Assembly (NCBI GenBank): GCA_002269645.1
Contig: NIVC01000371.1
Location: 124,001 to 188,000, forward strand
DNA: 64,000 nt
Direction of reading: 5' to 3'
Origin: Macrostomum lignano
Lineage: Eukaryota
In this document: one piece after another, positions 11,238 to 22,652 of the stretch
Layout of the letters: each line of letters begins with the position of its first letter
How positions within the stretch are numbered: the stretch's first letter is position 1
Position numbers and translations under genes: made by a program
Notes under the pieces: model-generated
Database searches by the model: none
What the model was told of the DNA's origin: nothing
Seen by the model: the letters and a program-made list of their open reading frames with translations, nothing else

Positions 11238-12589
11238 TTATTGAACTGTGAGCCGCTTGTTGTCTCGTTGTTCTGTCAGCGACAAGACGGCAGCATTTTG
11301 TGGCAAATGCGATTTGCGGACCGCCGGCTTTCGGGCCTACTTGTTCTCTATCGTCAATAATGACAACACTTCGTCCAAAACAGCTCTTCCTTCTGTGCTT
11401 CAAAATATGTATAACTATTATGACGCCGGACAGCCAATAGGGGGAAAGCACAGGGGTGCCTGTGCGGCAGGCCAGACAGGAGTAAAGGGAAGAGAAAGAG
11501 AGAGAAGAGACGTTGTTGAACTGCAGGCCAGTGGGAATATGGAAACTGTTTGAGTGTAGGAAGGACTGAAGGGAGGGTGGGACTGCAAGTGCAGGTTTAG
11601 CAGTGGTTGGACGCGGGGACCCAAGCCTTCTCATGGAACTCGCATGGAACAGTGCCTATCCACACTCTCTCATCGCACGGCGTTCAGCTGTGAACCGAAA
11701 GTACAGGGAAAGGGCGGAGTGGTGGGGTGTGAGTGTCAGAGAGACGGGCAGAGAGGGCGGGAAAGAAAAAGAGAAAGGAAGCCTGGCGGGGGGGGGTGGA
11801 GGCGCCGCCCCAACACCACTGAAGCGGGATCCGAGCGGCATCTTAGGGGGAGCAGTGAATGGGGGGCGAAGTTATGTACGAATGGTTTGGAAAGAGGGTT
11901 GGGAATAAAGAGATCAAAGTATATGGAAAAGTGGCCTAGATTCCCAACCGTGGGTAGAGAGCTTACAATATTTTACTACAGTATTATCCAGCGCATTATA
12001 ATATTACTTGTCTGGGGCAAAATATAAAGAGATAAAAAGCAATATTGGCAGAGATTCTTTGCTGGCTTGTTGCTTGCAGCTTGTCCTGACTTTTGACTGT
12101 TGATCCCCGAATTCGCGATCAATTCCCAAAGAATTCCTACTAAACTGTTATTGCTTACGCGCAAACAGGGAAGAAAAGAAGGGTTTGCCGACCGTGTCCC
12201 CGGTTGACCTTCGTTTCCTATCCTTCTCAGAGTCTTTCCCACTACTGCCTTCCTCACCCGCTGTTAATAAATTTGTGCACACTTCTCATGCTCAGTGTCT
12301 GGCTACGTCTGCATGTCTGAGTAAAATATACAATAAGCGCAAGAACCAACCAGGCCAGCCAAGGCAACCAATTAATAACACGAAAAGCAAGCAAGAGAAG
12401 CAAGAAAAAAGCCAAAAAGGTTTTGCTGGGCTTTAGTTTTTTCTCTTCTCGATGTTATCAGGTCAGTCTTGCAGGCAAAAAATAACTTGATGAAGATGCA
12501 CGCTTGTTTTAAGAAGGCTCACGCTGAGGCCTGTTGAATCGAAGTAACTGCTGCATGCACTGGCAGGTGTGTGTTTGTCTCAACTCTAC

Positions 12590-12592
<3 letters not shown>

Positions 12593-12648
<56 letters not shown>
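12593..12648. repeat. (TC)n microsatellite
   Basis: Perfect TC run. Confidence 0.97.
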
Positions 12649-12653
<5 letters not shown>

Positions 12654-15164
12654 GTTTTTTTTACTCAAAAGCAGAGGACAAAAAATAAAAGCAGAAAAAG
12701 ATGCAAAAAGTAAGCAAAACAGTTCCAAATGCGTTACTGCTGAGAAACCGCTTTTTTACAATTCAGCTGAGACTGAGAGAACTCAGTCGAAAGAGCTCTC
12801 CCGGGCAAGGCTCTTAAGGTCTTTAAGACTTCGCTATTTTAAGTGTGAGCGAACTGCATTGAGTGAAAGCAGCAAAATTTGCTGGGCAACAAATCTACAA
12901 GAGTTAAACTGTATTGACATTTTTCCGTCTTGCTTCTGCAATGAGTTTACTAATAGTATATATACTATAGCATAGAATAGTTCCTGCATGTACACGCAGA
13001 GCGAAAGCTAGCATAACTCTATAGTTGAGAAAGCAAAACAGAAATTCTAATGCATATTTAAATAAGTCGCCTTTAGTCTGCATACTCTTGCATGTTGCCT
13101 CGAATACTGGTGCCGGCAGTGCAGGTTGCTTTTTAGGTTTGGGTTGCACGGAGACGCAATCTATAGGGACTGTTTTCTCTCTTTTTTTAAATCAGCAACT
13201 CTCCAGTGACTGTCAGCATCAGCTTCTGCTTCTACTCGTAGCTTCGTTCTGCTCTGCACACTTTTGCTGAGATGTGGAAAGCAATTTTTTAAGCCGAGCC
13301 AATCGATTTGGCGTTGCAGTCTGCGCATTTATCGACAAATCGACATGTCCGTGTAATTTGGAGGATTTCACAGCTCTGGGAAAATATTATCACTAACGAT
13401 TTATAGCAAAATGGCTAGCCTTTCTAGCCCATTATTCAGTACAGATTTCCCGGTTGTCTGCACTCTGCAGCAGGTCAGAAAAAATCAAATCGCGCAGATT
13501 TTACGAAAAAAAACACGCTAGACATTTTCGTTTGACTATACGCGTGCAGGGGAATGCCATTGCCTCACACTTGTGCGGTGCTCCTGTCATTGCTGCATGC
13601 TAGAGAGGAATGACGCTCGTGTAAAGTCCGTAAGAACACTGGGGACCGATCGTTGATCAGACTACATGTACACTAAATTAAAAACAAAAAATAGACTCAT
13701 TCACTATGTACGCTCACCCAACTTAATTGTATAGTCTTATCAGTCAATCAATAATGGACCCCTTTACGAGGTGGTTCCTGATTGGGCAAGTCTTTCCACC
13801 TTTCTTTGCTGCCTAGCGCATGTACATTTAGCCTTTTCTAGCATGTACATTCAATCCACAACCTTCCCTAATCGTATGTACACTCCGCCTGTGTGTACAT
13901 TCAGCCTCTACCACGTTCCACAAAGATCTATCAACCCGCCTCCCTTATTTCTCTTAACCACAGAGGACAAATAATTCTCATTCGGATGACGAAAGAGAAT
14001 TTTTCTGCCTTTAAAATGCATCTTGGCATTCCAGAGAAATTTCATATTCAAAGCTAGCTTAGTGGTAGGGAGGAACAGTGAAAAAGTACAACTAGTTTCT
14101 CTGCTACCAATTTTTTCTGGCCAACCAGATTTGCAAAAACGTCCGCGTAACGCGTTGGTTGCTACCAGAACTTCGTCCAGGCTTTAGCCTCCCTTTCTAT
14201 CCCTGTTGACCATTGTACTTTTACGTTACGTCCAAGAGTCCTTAGACTAGAACTAGCGACGGCATTGTAGACGAAAGGCACTTTGTCTGATGAGAGACGC
14301 AACTAATCTGCGACCGCGTTTTAACCAGTGTCCTTAAGCACAGTGTACTTAAAAAAGCTGCATTTGATGCAAAATGTCAACGGCGCCATTACTCTCGTAT
14401 ATGCCGCTTCTACACAATCTACTCGAGAATTAAGAGCATTTTTTTTCTTCGAAATGAAAGCTAAAAATCTCGAGGCTGGCACTGAGACTGACAGATATTA
14501 GGCATGGATAGCTGCGAAAAAGCAGAAAACTGTGGGTGCTGCTGCATGGATTCCGGTAGATCCATCTATTTATGCTCTATACCCGCCCATATTCAACCTC
14601 AGTACCTTCAGCCAGGGGCATCATAAAAGTTATTATTCAATCTATACAATGGTCGGGGTGGGGCTAAATTGTATATTTAATAGTTGGGTAGGTATGGAAA
14701 TGAGCTGCAAGCCTAACGGCCAAGAAAAGCCGTTACAGTTCCTGAATTTCAGGCAATTCTAAACGACGGGTAAAGGCAGTTCAGTTAACTGGCGCAGGCA
14801 GTTTTATTATGCGTAATAAATTATCTCGCACAAACCCAAGAGCTGTGTGAATTAATTCACAAAGGATCCGATCTGTTCAGTCACACCCGGGCTTGTGCGA
14901 CATAACGCATAGTCTATCATCATTCTCTCACACACACAAAACAGGCAGAACTGTCTTTGAATTAGCTATATGTACGAGCATACATATTGTATGCATTGTA
15001 TTGTGGGGTTACTGTTAATTAATTATTAATCAGAATGGACTCGAGTGAAGCAGACTGCGAAAATGGGCGAAGTTAGGTGGATCAGATATTGCTAGTAAAA
15101 AGACCACTCTGATCAGTTTCGCAGGTGGGGCTCTTGGCAGAGGCGTAGTCAGGGGGGCAAGGAG

Positions 15165-15700
15165 GGCCACCCCCCTTTCCAGCAGGCTTGGTGCCCCCCC
15201 TTTCCAGCAGGCTTGGTACCCCCCCCCCTTTCTAGCAGGCTTGGTACCCCCCCCCTTTCTAGCAGGCTTGGTGCCCCCCCCCCTTTCCAGCGGGCTTGGT
15301 GCCCCCCCTTTCCAGCAGGCTTGGTACCCCCCCTTTCTAGCAGGCTTGGTGCCCCCTTTCCAGCAGGCTTGGTGCCCCCCTTTCCAGCAGGCTTGGTGCC
15401 CCCCCCTTTCCAGCGGGCTTGGTGCCCCTCTTTCCAGCAGGCTTGGTGCCCCCCTTTCCAGCAGGCTTGGTGCCCCCCTTTCCAGCAGGCTTGGTGCCCC
15501 CCTTTCCAGCGGGCTTGGTGCCCCCCCCTTTCCAGCAGGCTTGGTGCCCCCTTTCCAGCAGGCTTGGTGCCCCCCTTTCCAGCAGGCTTGGTGCCCCCCC
15601 CCTTTCCAGCAGGCTTGGTGCCCCCCTTTCCAGCAGGCTTGGTGCCCCCCCTTTCCAGCAGGCTTGGTGCCCCCCCTTTCCAGCAGGCTTGGTGCCCTAC
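15165..15700. repeat. About 22-25-bp minisatellite (C)nTTTCCAGCAGGCTTGGTG with variable C-run
   Basis: More than 20 units. It explains ORFs 15213-15745. Confidence 0.95.
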
Positions 15701-16899
15701 CCCTTGCCAGACTGGTACTGCTTGCTAGCTATAAAATCTGAGTAAGTACTCTGACTACGAGTTAGCTGGCCAGTGTATTAAGAGATTGATCGACCAGACA
15801 GACGGTGGGAGGATGGAGAGAGGAGAAAGGGCAATGACTGGATGGGAAAACAACCTCAGTAAACTTGATCGATTAGCTCTCAAGCCGCAGTGCTCTGTCT
15901 GTCTGTGATCTGGTCCGCTTCAATTATTCTGTTTTTTTCGCATTTCCTAGAAATCGGAAGCAATCTGGCCTAAAAACTAAGCAGAGCTCAGTGGGCAGCT
16001 GCCCAAATCCCGTGACTGGCCTAGGAAAGTCGAGGCCGTTGTACACCCTGCGAGAGCACTCTCCTCGCTGGCTGCTAGAGCATTGCAGTTCGCTCTACCC
16101 ATGCTGAATATTGGATGATGAAGAAGAAAGGAAAGCATGTCTGATCACGATCCAGTTTCATCTGCCATAACTATGCAAATCCCATGTGAGAATATTACGC
16201 AGCTGTTATTTTTTCAACAGGACTCTCTCATTAGCGACGTACGGAGGCCTCATTAGCAGAAAGAGCTTTTTAATGGTCGCAAAAGAGTATGCAGATGAGA
16301 ATGACGGACATGACTGACATGCGTCAGGGGGTCATTAATGTCTTGTAAGCTCTATCTATAGTTCTGCTCCCTCTGTGACTGACAGCAGTGCAACAAGATG
16401 CCAGGGCCAAAAATTATGAATATCATATTTCAAATTCATATTTACGAGCTCTGAAATATAAAATCTGTTGAATTTGTTACGCGTAGTAATAAGCTGGTAT
16501 CGGCCCTGATTCTGGATATGATGAAGCTACTTGTTTGCTGTCACTGTACAGTATATAGCCTGACTCGATAAATTTATGATCATAGATTTTTGAGTTAACG
16601 CGACATATCGGCTTAAGCCTCAGGCTTAAGAGGTTAGCCTTAGTTCTTACTTACTGATAAAATATGAGCAAATATTTATTGCCAGCTGGCGAGTTGGTGA
16701 AAGATTGACAGCGCTATACCGGTATACTGCAGAGGGCAAAGCAAACTGTTACCTGATGATTAAATCTAAATAGTAGTGCGATTATTGGCTTAGCTTGGCG
16801 GCTGATCAAATATGTACCTAATATTGAATGATTATTATCAAAAAGAATTAGAAAGAAGCGTGAGGAGATTGGACTGAAGAGGAAAAAGGGGAAAGAGAG

Positions 16900-18240
16900 A
16901 GAATAAAAAGGACAGCGAGAAAAGATGAAATAAATAAAGGATGTCTGAAGGGAAACTAAGGATGGATAGAAAGGATGGGGAAGGGAGGGATGGAAGGGAG
17001 AGATAAAGGTAGAAGGGAGAGATGAAGGGAGTAATAGAAGAGAGAGATGAAGGGAGGAATGAAGGGAAGGATGAAGGGATGAATGAAGAGAGGAATAAAG
17101 GGAGGAATGAAGGGAGGAATGAAGGGAGGAATGAAGGGAGGAATGAAGGGAAGGATGAAGGGATGAATGAAGAGAGGAATAAAGGGAGGAATGAAGGGAG
17201 GAATGAAGGGAGGAATGAAGGGAGGGATAAAGGGAGGATTAAGGGAGGAATGAAGGGAAGGATGAAGGGAGGAATGAAGGGAGGAATGAAGGGAGAAATG
17301 AAGGGAGGAATGAAGGGAGGAATGAAGGGAGGAATGAAGGGAGGAATGATGGGAGGAATGATGAGAGGAATGATGGGAGGGATGAAGGGAGGAATGAAGG
17401 GAGGAATGAAGGGAGGGATGAAGGGAGGAATGAAGGGAGGAACGATGGGAGGGATGAAGGGAGGAATGAAGGGAGGAATAAAGGGAGGAATAAAGGGAGG
17501 AATGAAGGGAGGAATGAAGGGAGGAACGATGGGAGGGATGAAGGGAAGGATGAAGGGAGGAATGAAGGGAGGATGAAGGGAGGAATGATGGGAGGGATGA
17601 AGGGAGGAATGATGAGAGGAATGATGGGAGGGATAAAGGGAGGATGAAGGGAGGAATGATGGGAGGGATGAAGGGAGGAATGAAGGGAGGAATGAAGGGA
17701 GGGATAAAGGGAGGATGAAGGGAGGAATGATGGGAGGGATGAAGGGAGGAATGATGAGAGGAATGATGGGAGGGATAAAGGGAGGATGAAGGGAGGAATG
17801 AAGGGAGGAATGAAGGGAGGAATGAAGGGAGGAATGAAGGGAGGAATGAAGGGAGGAATGAAGGGAGGAATGAAGGGAGGAATGAAGGGAGGAATGAAGG
17901 GAGGAATGAAGGGAGGAATGAAGGGAGGAATGAAGGGAGGAATGATGGGAGGGATGAAGGGAGGAATGATGAGAGGAATGATGGGAGGGATAAAGGGAGG
18001 ATGAAGGGAGGAATGATGAGAGGAATGATGGGAGGGATGAAGGGAGGAATGAAGGGAGGAATGAAGGGAGGAATGAAGGGAGGAATGATGGGAGGGATGA
18101 AGGGAGGAATGATGAGAGGAATGATGGGAGGGATAAAGGGAGGATGAAGGGAGGAATGATGAGAGGAATGATGGGAGGGATGAAGGGAGGAATGAAGGGA
18201 GGAATGAAGGGAGGAATAAAGGGAGGAATGAAGATAAAAC
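16900..18240. repeat. Purine-rich (GAAGGGAGGAAT)n 12-bp satellite
   Basis: Long GA-rich tract. It explains the MKGG/PPFI pseudo-ORFs. Confidence 0.95.
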
Positions 18241-18982
18241 ATACGAGCTCGTAGAAAAGGAAAGTAAAAGGTGGAAAAGAGAAGGTGATACGAGGCAACT
18301 AAGGAATACAATTACGACTGTATGAAGAGAGAGAACGTGAGCTGACAGACAGTTGACCGTTGAACGCCTGAACAGACAGTATACGGGTAAGCGTCTCTCA
18401 AGTTAATTGAATAGCCAAAAGACTCATTCATTGGTTGAAAGTGTGCAATAGAAAGAAAGCAGTGCAGGACCCGCCTGCTTGCTGTTTGACGAGCTGAATT
18501 ATCTGTTATTACTATGGAAAGTGAAGGAGTGAAGGAATTCGACACAAGTTATAAGCATGAATTACGCATATAGTTACTGGCAGCCCTGGCAGCCACTTGA
18601 TTTGGTCGTTCAAGACAAATCGGGGAGAAAAAATCGCGGTTAGAAAATCCTAGGAGAGGAAGAGATCCGCATCGCCATGACTGTATAAGCTTTTCTTTGC
18701 TATCTAAGTTTCTAAATGCCGAAATTGCTTCTGCAGTTCCTTGCCCCTGGATCGGCCTACAGAAGTTAAAAGTACCCACCGATCGCCATGGATGGAAGCG
18801 GGAGAGAGAGGATATACGAGCTAGATAAAACACTGGAAGCTGATGGAGTGCCCACACTTCTCTTCCCACTGTTGTAACCGGGCGCTTTATAGCAAACTTG
18901 TCAAGCATTCGCTGATGCGACTGCTGGAATTCGCTGCTGACCTTGCTTGCTGGCTAAAGGAGAATCAGACTGAAGCTCGGGC

Positions 18983-20765
18983 TAGCAGTGGACAGGGAGC
19001 TGCTATTGAAGAGGCTAGCAGTGGACAGGGAGTTGCTATAATGAAGAGGCTAGCAGTGGACAGGGAGTTGCTACTGAAGAGGCTAGCAGTGGACAGGGAG
19101 CTGCTATTGAAGAGGCTAGCAGTGGACAGGGAGTTGCTATAATGAAGAGGCTAGCAGTGGACAGGGAGTTGCTACTGAAGAGGCTAGCAGTGGACAGGGA
19201 GTTGCTATAATGAAGAGGCTAGCAGTGGACAGGCAGTTGCCATATTAAAGAGGCCAGCAGTGGACAGGGAGTTGCTATATTAAAGACGCTAGCAGTGGAC
19301 AGGGAGTTGCTATATTAAAGAGGCTGGCAGTGGACAGGGAGTTGCTACTGAAGACGTTAGCAGTGGACAGGGAGCTGCTATTGAAGAGGCTAGCAGTGGA
19401 CAGGCAGTTGCTACTGAAGAGGCTAGCAGTGGACAGGCAGTTGCTACTGAAGAGGCTAGCAGTGGACAGGCAGTTGCTACTGAAGAGGCTAGCAGTGGAC
19501 AGGGAGTTGCTATAATGAAGAGGCTAGCAGTGGACAGGCAGTTGCTACTGAAGAGGCTAGCAGTGGACAGGGAGTTGCTATAATGAAGAGGCTAGCAGTG
19601 GACAGGCAGTTGCTACTGAAGAGGCTAGCAGTGGACAGGCAGTTGCTACTGAAGAGGCTAGCAGTGGACAGGCAGTTGCTACTGAAGAGGCTAGCAGTGG
19701 ACAGGGAGTTGCTATAATGAAGAGGCTAGCAGTGGACAGGGAGTTGCTATACTGAAGAGGCTAGCAGTGGACAGGCGGTTGCTACTGAAGAGGCTAGCAG
19801 TGGACAGGCAGTTGCTACTGAAGAGGCTAGCAGTGGACAGGGAGTTGCTATAATGAAGAGGCTAGCAGTGGACAGGGAGTTGCTATAATGAAGAGGCTAG
19901 CAGTGGACAGGGAGTTGCTATAATGAAGAGGCTAGCAGTGGACAGGGAGTTGCTATACTGAAGAGGCTAGCAGTGGACAGGCGGTTGCTACTGAAGAGGC
20001 TAGCAGTGGACAGGCAGTTGCTACTGAAGAGGCTAGCAGTGGACAGGCAGTTGCTACTGAAGAGGCTAGCAGTGGACAGGCAGTTGCTACTGAAGAGGCT
20101 AGCAGTGGACAGGGAGTTGCTATAATGAAGAGGCTAGCAGTGGACAGGCAGTTGCTACTGAAGAGGCTAGCAGTGGACAGGGAGTTGCTATAATGAAGAG
20201 GCTAGCAGTGGACAGGCAGTTGCTACTGAAGAGGCTAGCAGTGGACAGGCAGTTGCTACTGAAGAGGCTAGCAGTGGACAGGGAGTTGCTATAATGAAGA
20301 GGCTAGCAGTGGACAGGGAGTTGCTATACTGAAGAGGCTAGCAGTGGACAGGCGGTTGCTACTGAAGAGGCTAGCAGTGGACAGGCAGTTGCTACTGAAG
20401 AGGCTAGCAGTGGACAGGGAGTTGCTATAATGAAGAGGCTAGCAGTGGACAGGGAGTTGCTATAATGAAGAGGCTAGCAGTGGACAGGGAGTTGCTATAA
20501 TGAAGAGGCTAGCAGTGGACAGGGAGTTGCTATACTGAAGAGGCTAGCAGTGGACAGGCGGTTGCTACTGAAGAGGCTAGCAGTGGACAGGCAGTTGCTA
20601 CTGAAGAGGCTAGCAGTGGACAGGGAGTTGCTATAATGAAGAGGCTAGCAGTGGACAGGCGGTTGCTACTGAAGAGGCTAGCAGTGGACAGGCAGTTGCT
20701 ACTGAAGAGGCTAGCAGTGGACAGGGAGTTGCTATAATGAAGAGTCTAGCAGTGGACAGGGAGTT
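18983..20765. repeat. 33/35-bp minisatellite GAAGAGGCTAGCAGTGGACAGG(C/G)AGTTGCTA(CT/TAAT)
   Basis: About 50 units in two interspersed length variants. Confidence 0.97.
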
Positions 20766-21924
20766 GGCAATCCAATACAGCACTGAATCCTTTCAAAGCA
20801 GCTCATAGCATTAGAAAGGTCGCGACCTCAGCCACACGCTTCGCAAAGTTTATGCCAGAAGTTGTGAGAATAGAATTCTACTCAACTTTTTTGCACTGCA
20901 CTAGTATGCAGTGAGAAGCTGACGTACCAATTAAGTCTGTTTGCCGTGAAATAATAATTCCAAACCATACAGTTTTGTCTGCATTATTTAATTAATTGGT
21001 CGCAATGTGCACACTTGTAATGACAATGTGGTGGGCTGGAATGCACAGGGTGAAAGTTGAGCTAGAGAGAAAGCCTATAGCCCACTGACGACACCTCAAA
21101 GCTAATATAATACTTGAAATTCGCAGTAATTTCAGTGCATCAACCCATTCCGGAGACCTGATCCACAGGCGCACAGCTCGCATAAAAGACAGACAATACT
21201 CGTATTGATAAACCCGAGTTTCACCAGTTTGCTAGCACTGTTACACTGTTCATAAATAATGCACTAGTAACTGCGGTGTAGCGGCTCAGAGATCCGATTT
21301 CAAATAAACATGCAACAGGTAATTAGCATAATGTTAATTGTTGCAGTGGCAGCAGTGGAAGCTAGATTAGTGGAAGTAAGATTATGCTTGATCAGTCCTC
21401 ACTAGAATGATTACAGAAATTTCGAGGAACGAGAAAGTGTCTGAAAAATTGCACACACATTGAGGAAACAAAGAATTGGTTGTTGCTGATGCCACTAGTG
21501 CTTCGCAAAGTTTACGCTTTGTAAAGAGAAGGTGAAAACGAGGCTGCACAAGCCTAACGAGCGAGAATAAACATTTCTAAGAAATAAACACTGCGCAGTT
21601 TGAAGCATTGAATTTTATGTTGGATCAGCAGGCAGGGTTTGTATTTTCTAACATATTCTTAGCGCCATACTTGTAGTAGGGTTGTAAATAAAGTTTTTGT
21701 ACTTTCGAAAATACCGATTGCTAGTTTTAACAGTTATTAATTTTTATGGAATATTGCAGCGAATATAAATAATGAACGTAAGAAATCGTATTGGGATTTT
21801 TTATATAAATATGGTATTATTTACGAGGCTCAATACATTAAAGGGTCTTAAAGATTGCAGACATCGGAGTGCTAGATTAGCAATCGCTTTTTTCATTATC
21901 TTAACAGCGTAGATAAGCAACCAA

Positions 21925-22645
21925 TTATATTAATTATCCCAATAGACTAGACTAGCAATCCATTTTAGTAATTATCCTAATAAACTAGACTATCGATTCA
22001 TTATAGTAATTATCCCAATAGACTAGACTAGCAATCCATTTTAGTAATTATCCCAATAGACTAGACTAGCAATCCATTTTAGTAATTATCCCAATAGACT
22101 AGACTAGCAATCCATTTTAGTAATTATCCTAATAGACTAGACTATCGATCCATTATAGTAATTATCCCAATAGACTAGACTAGCAATCCATTTTAGTAAT
22201 TATACCAATAGACTAGACTAGCGATCCATTTTATTAATTATCCCAATAGGCTAGACTAGCAATACATTATAGTAATTATCCCAATAGACTAGACTAGCAA
22301 TCCATTAGATTAATTATCCCAATAGGCTAGACTAGCAATACATTATAGTAATTATCCCAATAGACTAGACTAGCAATCCATTAGATTAATTATCCCAATA
22401 GGCTAGACTAGCAATACATTATAGTAATTATCCCAATAGGCTAGACTAGCAATCCATTAGATTAATTATCCCAATAGGCTAGACTAGCAATCCATTCGAT
22501 TAATTATCCCAATAGGCTAGACTAGCAATCCATTCGATTAATTATCCCAATAGGCTAGACTAGCAATCCATTCGATTAATTATCCCAATAGGCTAGACTA
22601 GCAATCCATTCGATTAATTATCCCAATAGGATAGACTAGCAATCC
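21925..22645. repeat. 38-bp minisatellite (AATTATCCCAATAG(A/G)CTAGACTAGCAATCCATTTTAGT) directly after the LRRIQ1-like stop codon
   Basis: About 18 units, with gradual variant turnover along the array. Confidence 0.95.
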
Positions 22646-22652
22646 ATCAAGC

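Noticed and set aside
15138-15765. Possible TIR element (CAGAGGCGTAGTCAG ... CTGACTACG) enclosing the 15-kb minisatellite
   Set aside because: Only about 9 bp match in inverted orientation and there is no TSD.
16838-18311. 450-486-aa ORFs (PPFI/MKGG)
   Set aside because: They are open frames of a 12-bp purine satellite.
18983-20765. CRISPR-like regular arrays of about 33 bp (also at 47, 50 and 56 kb)
   Set aside because: These are head-to-tail repeats with no unique spacers and no cas genes, in a eukaryotic context.
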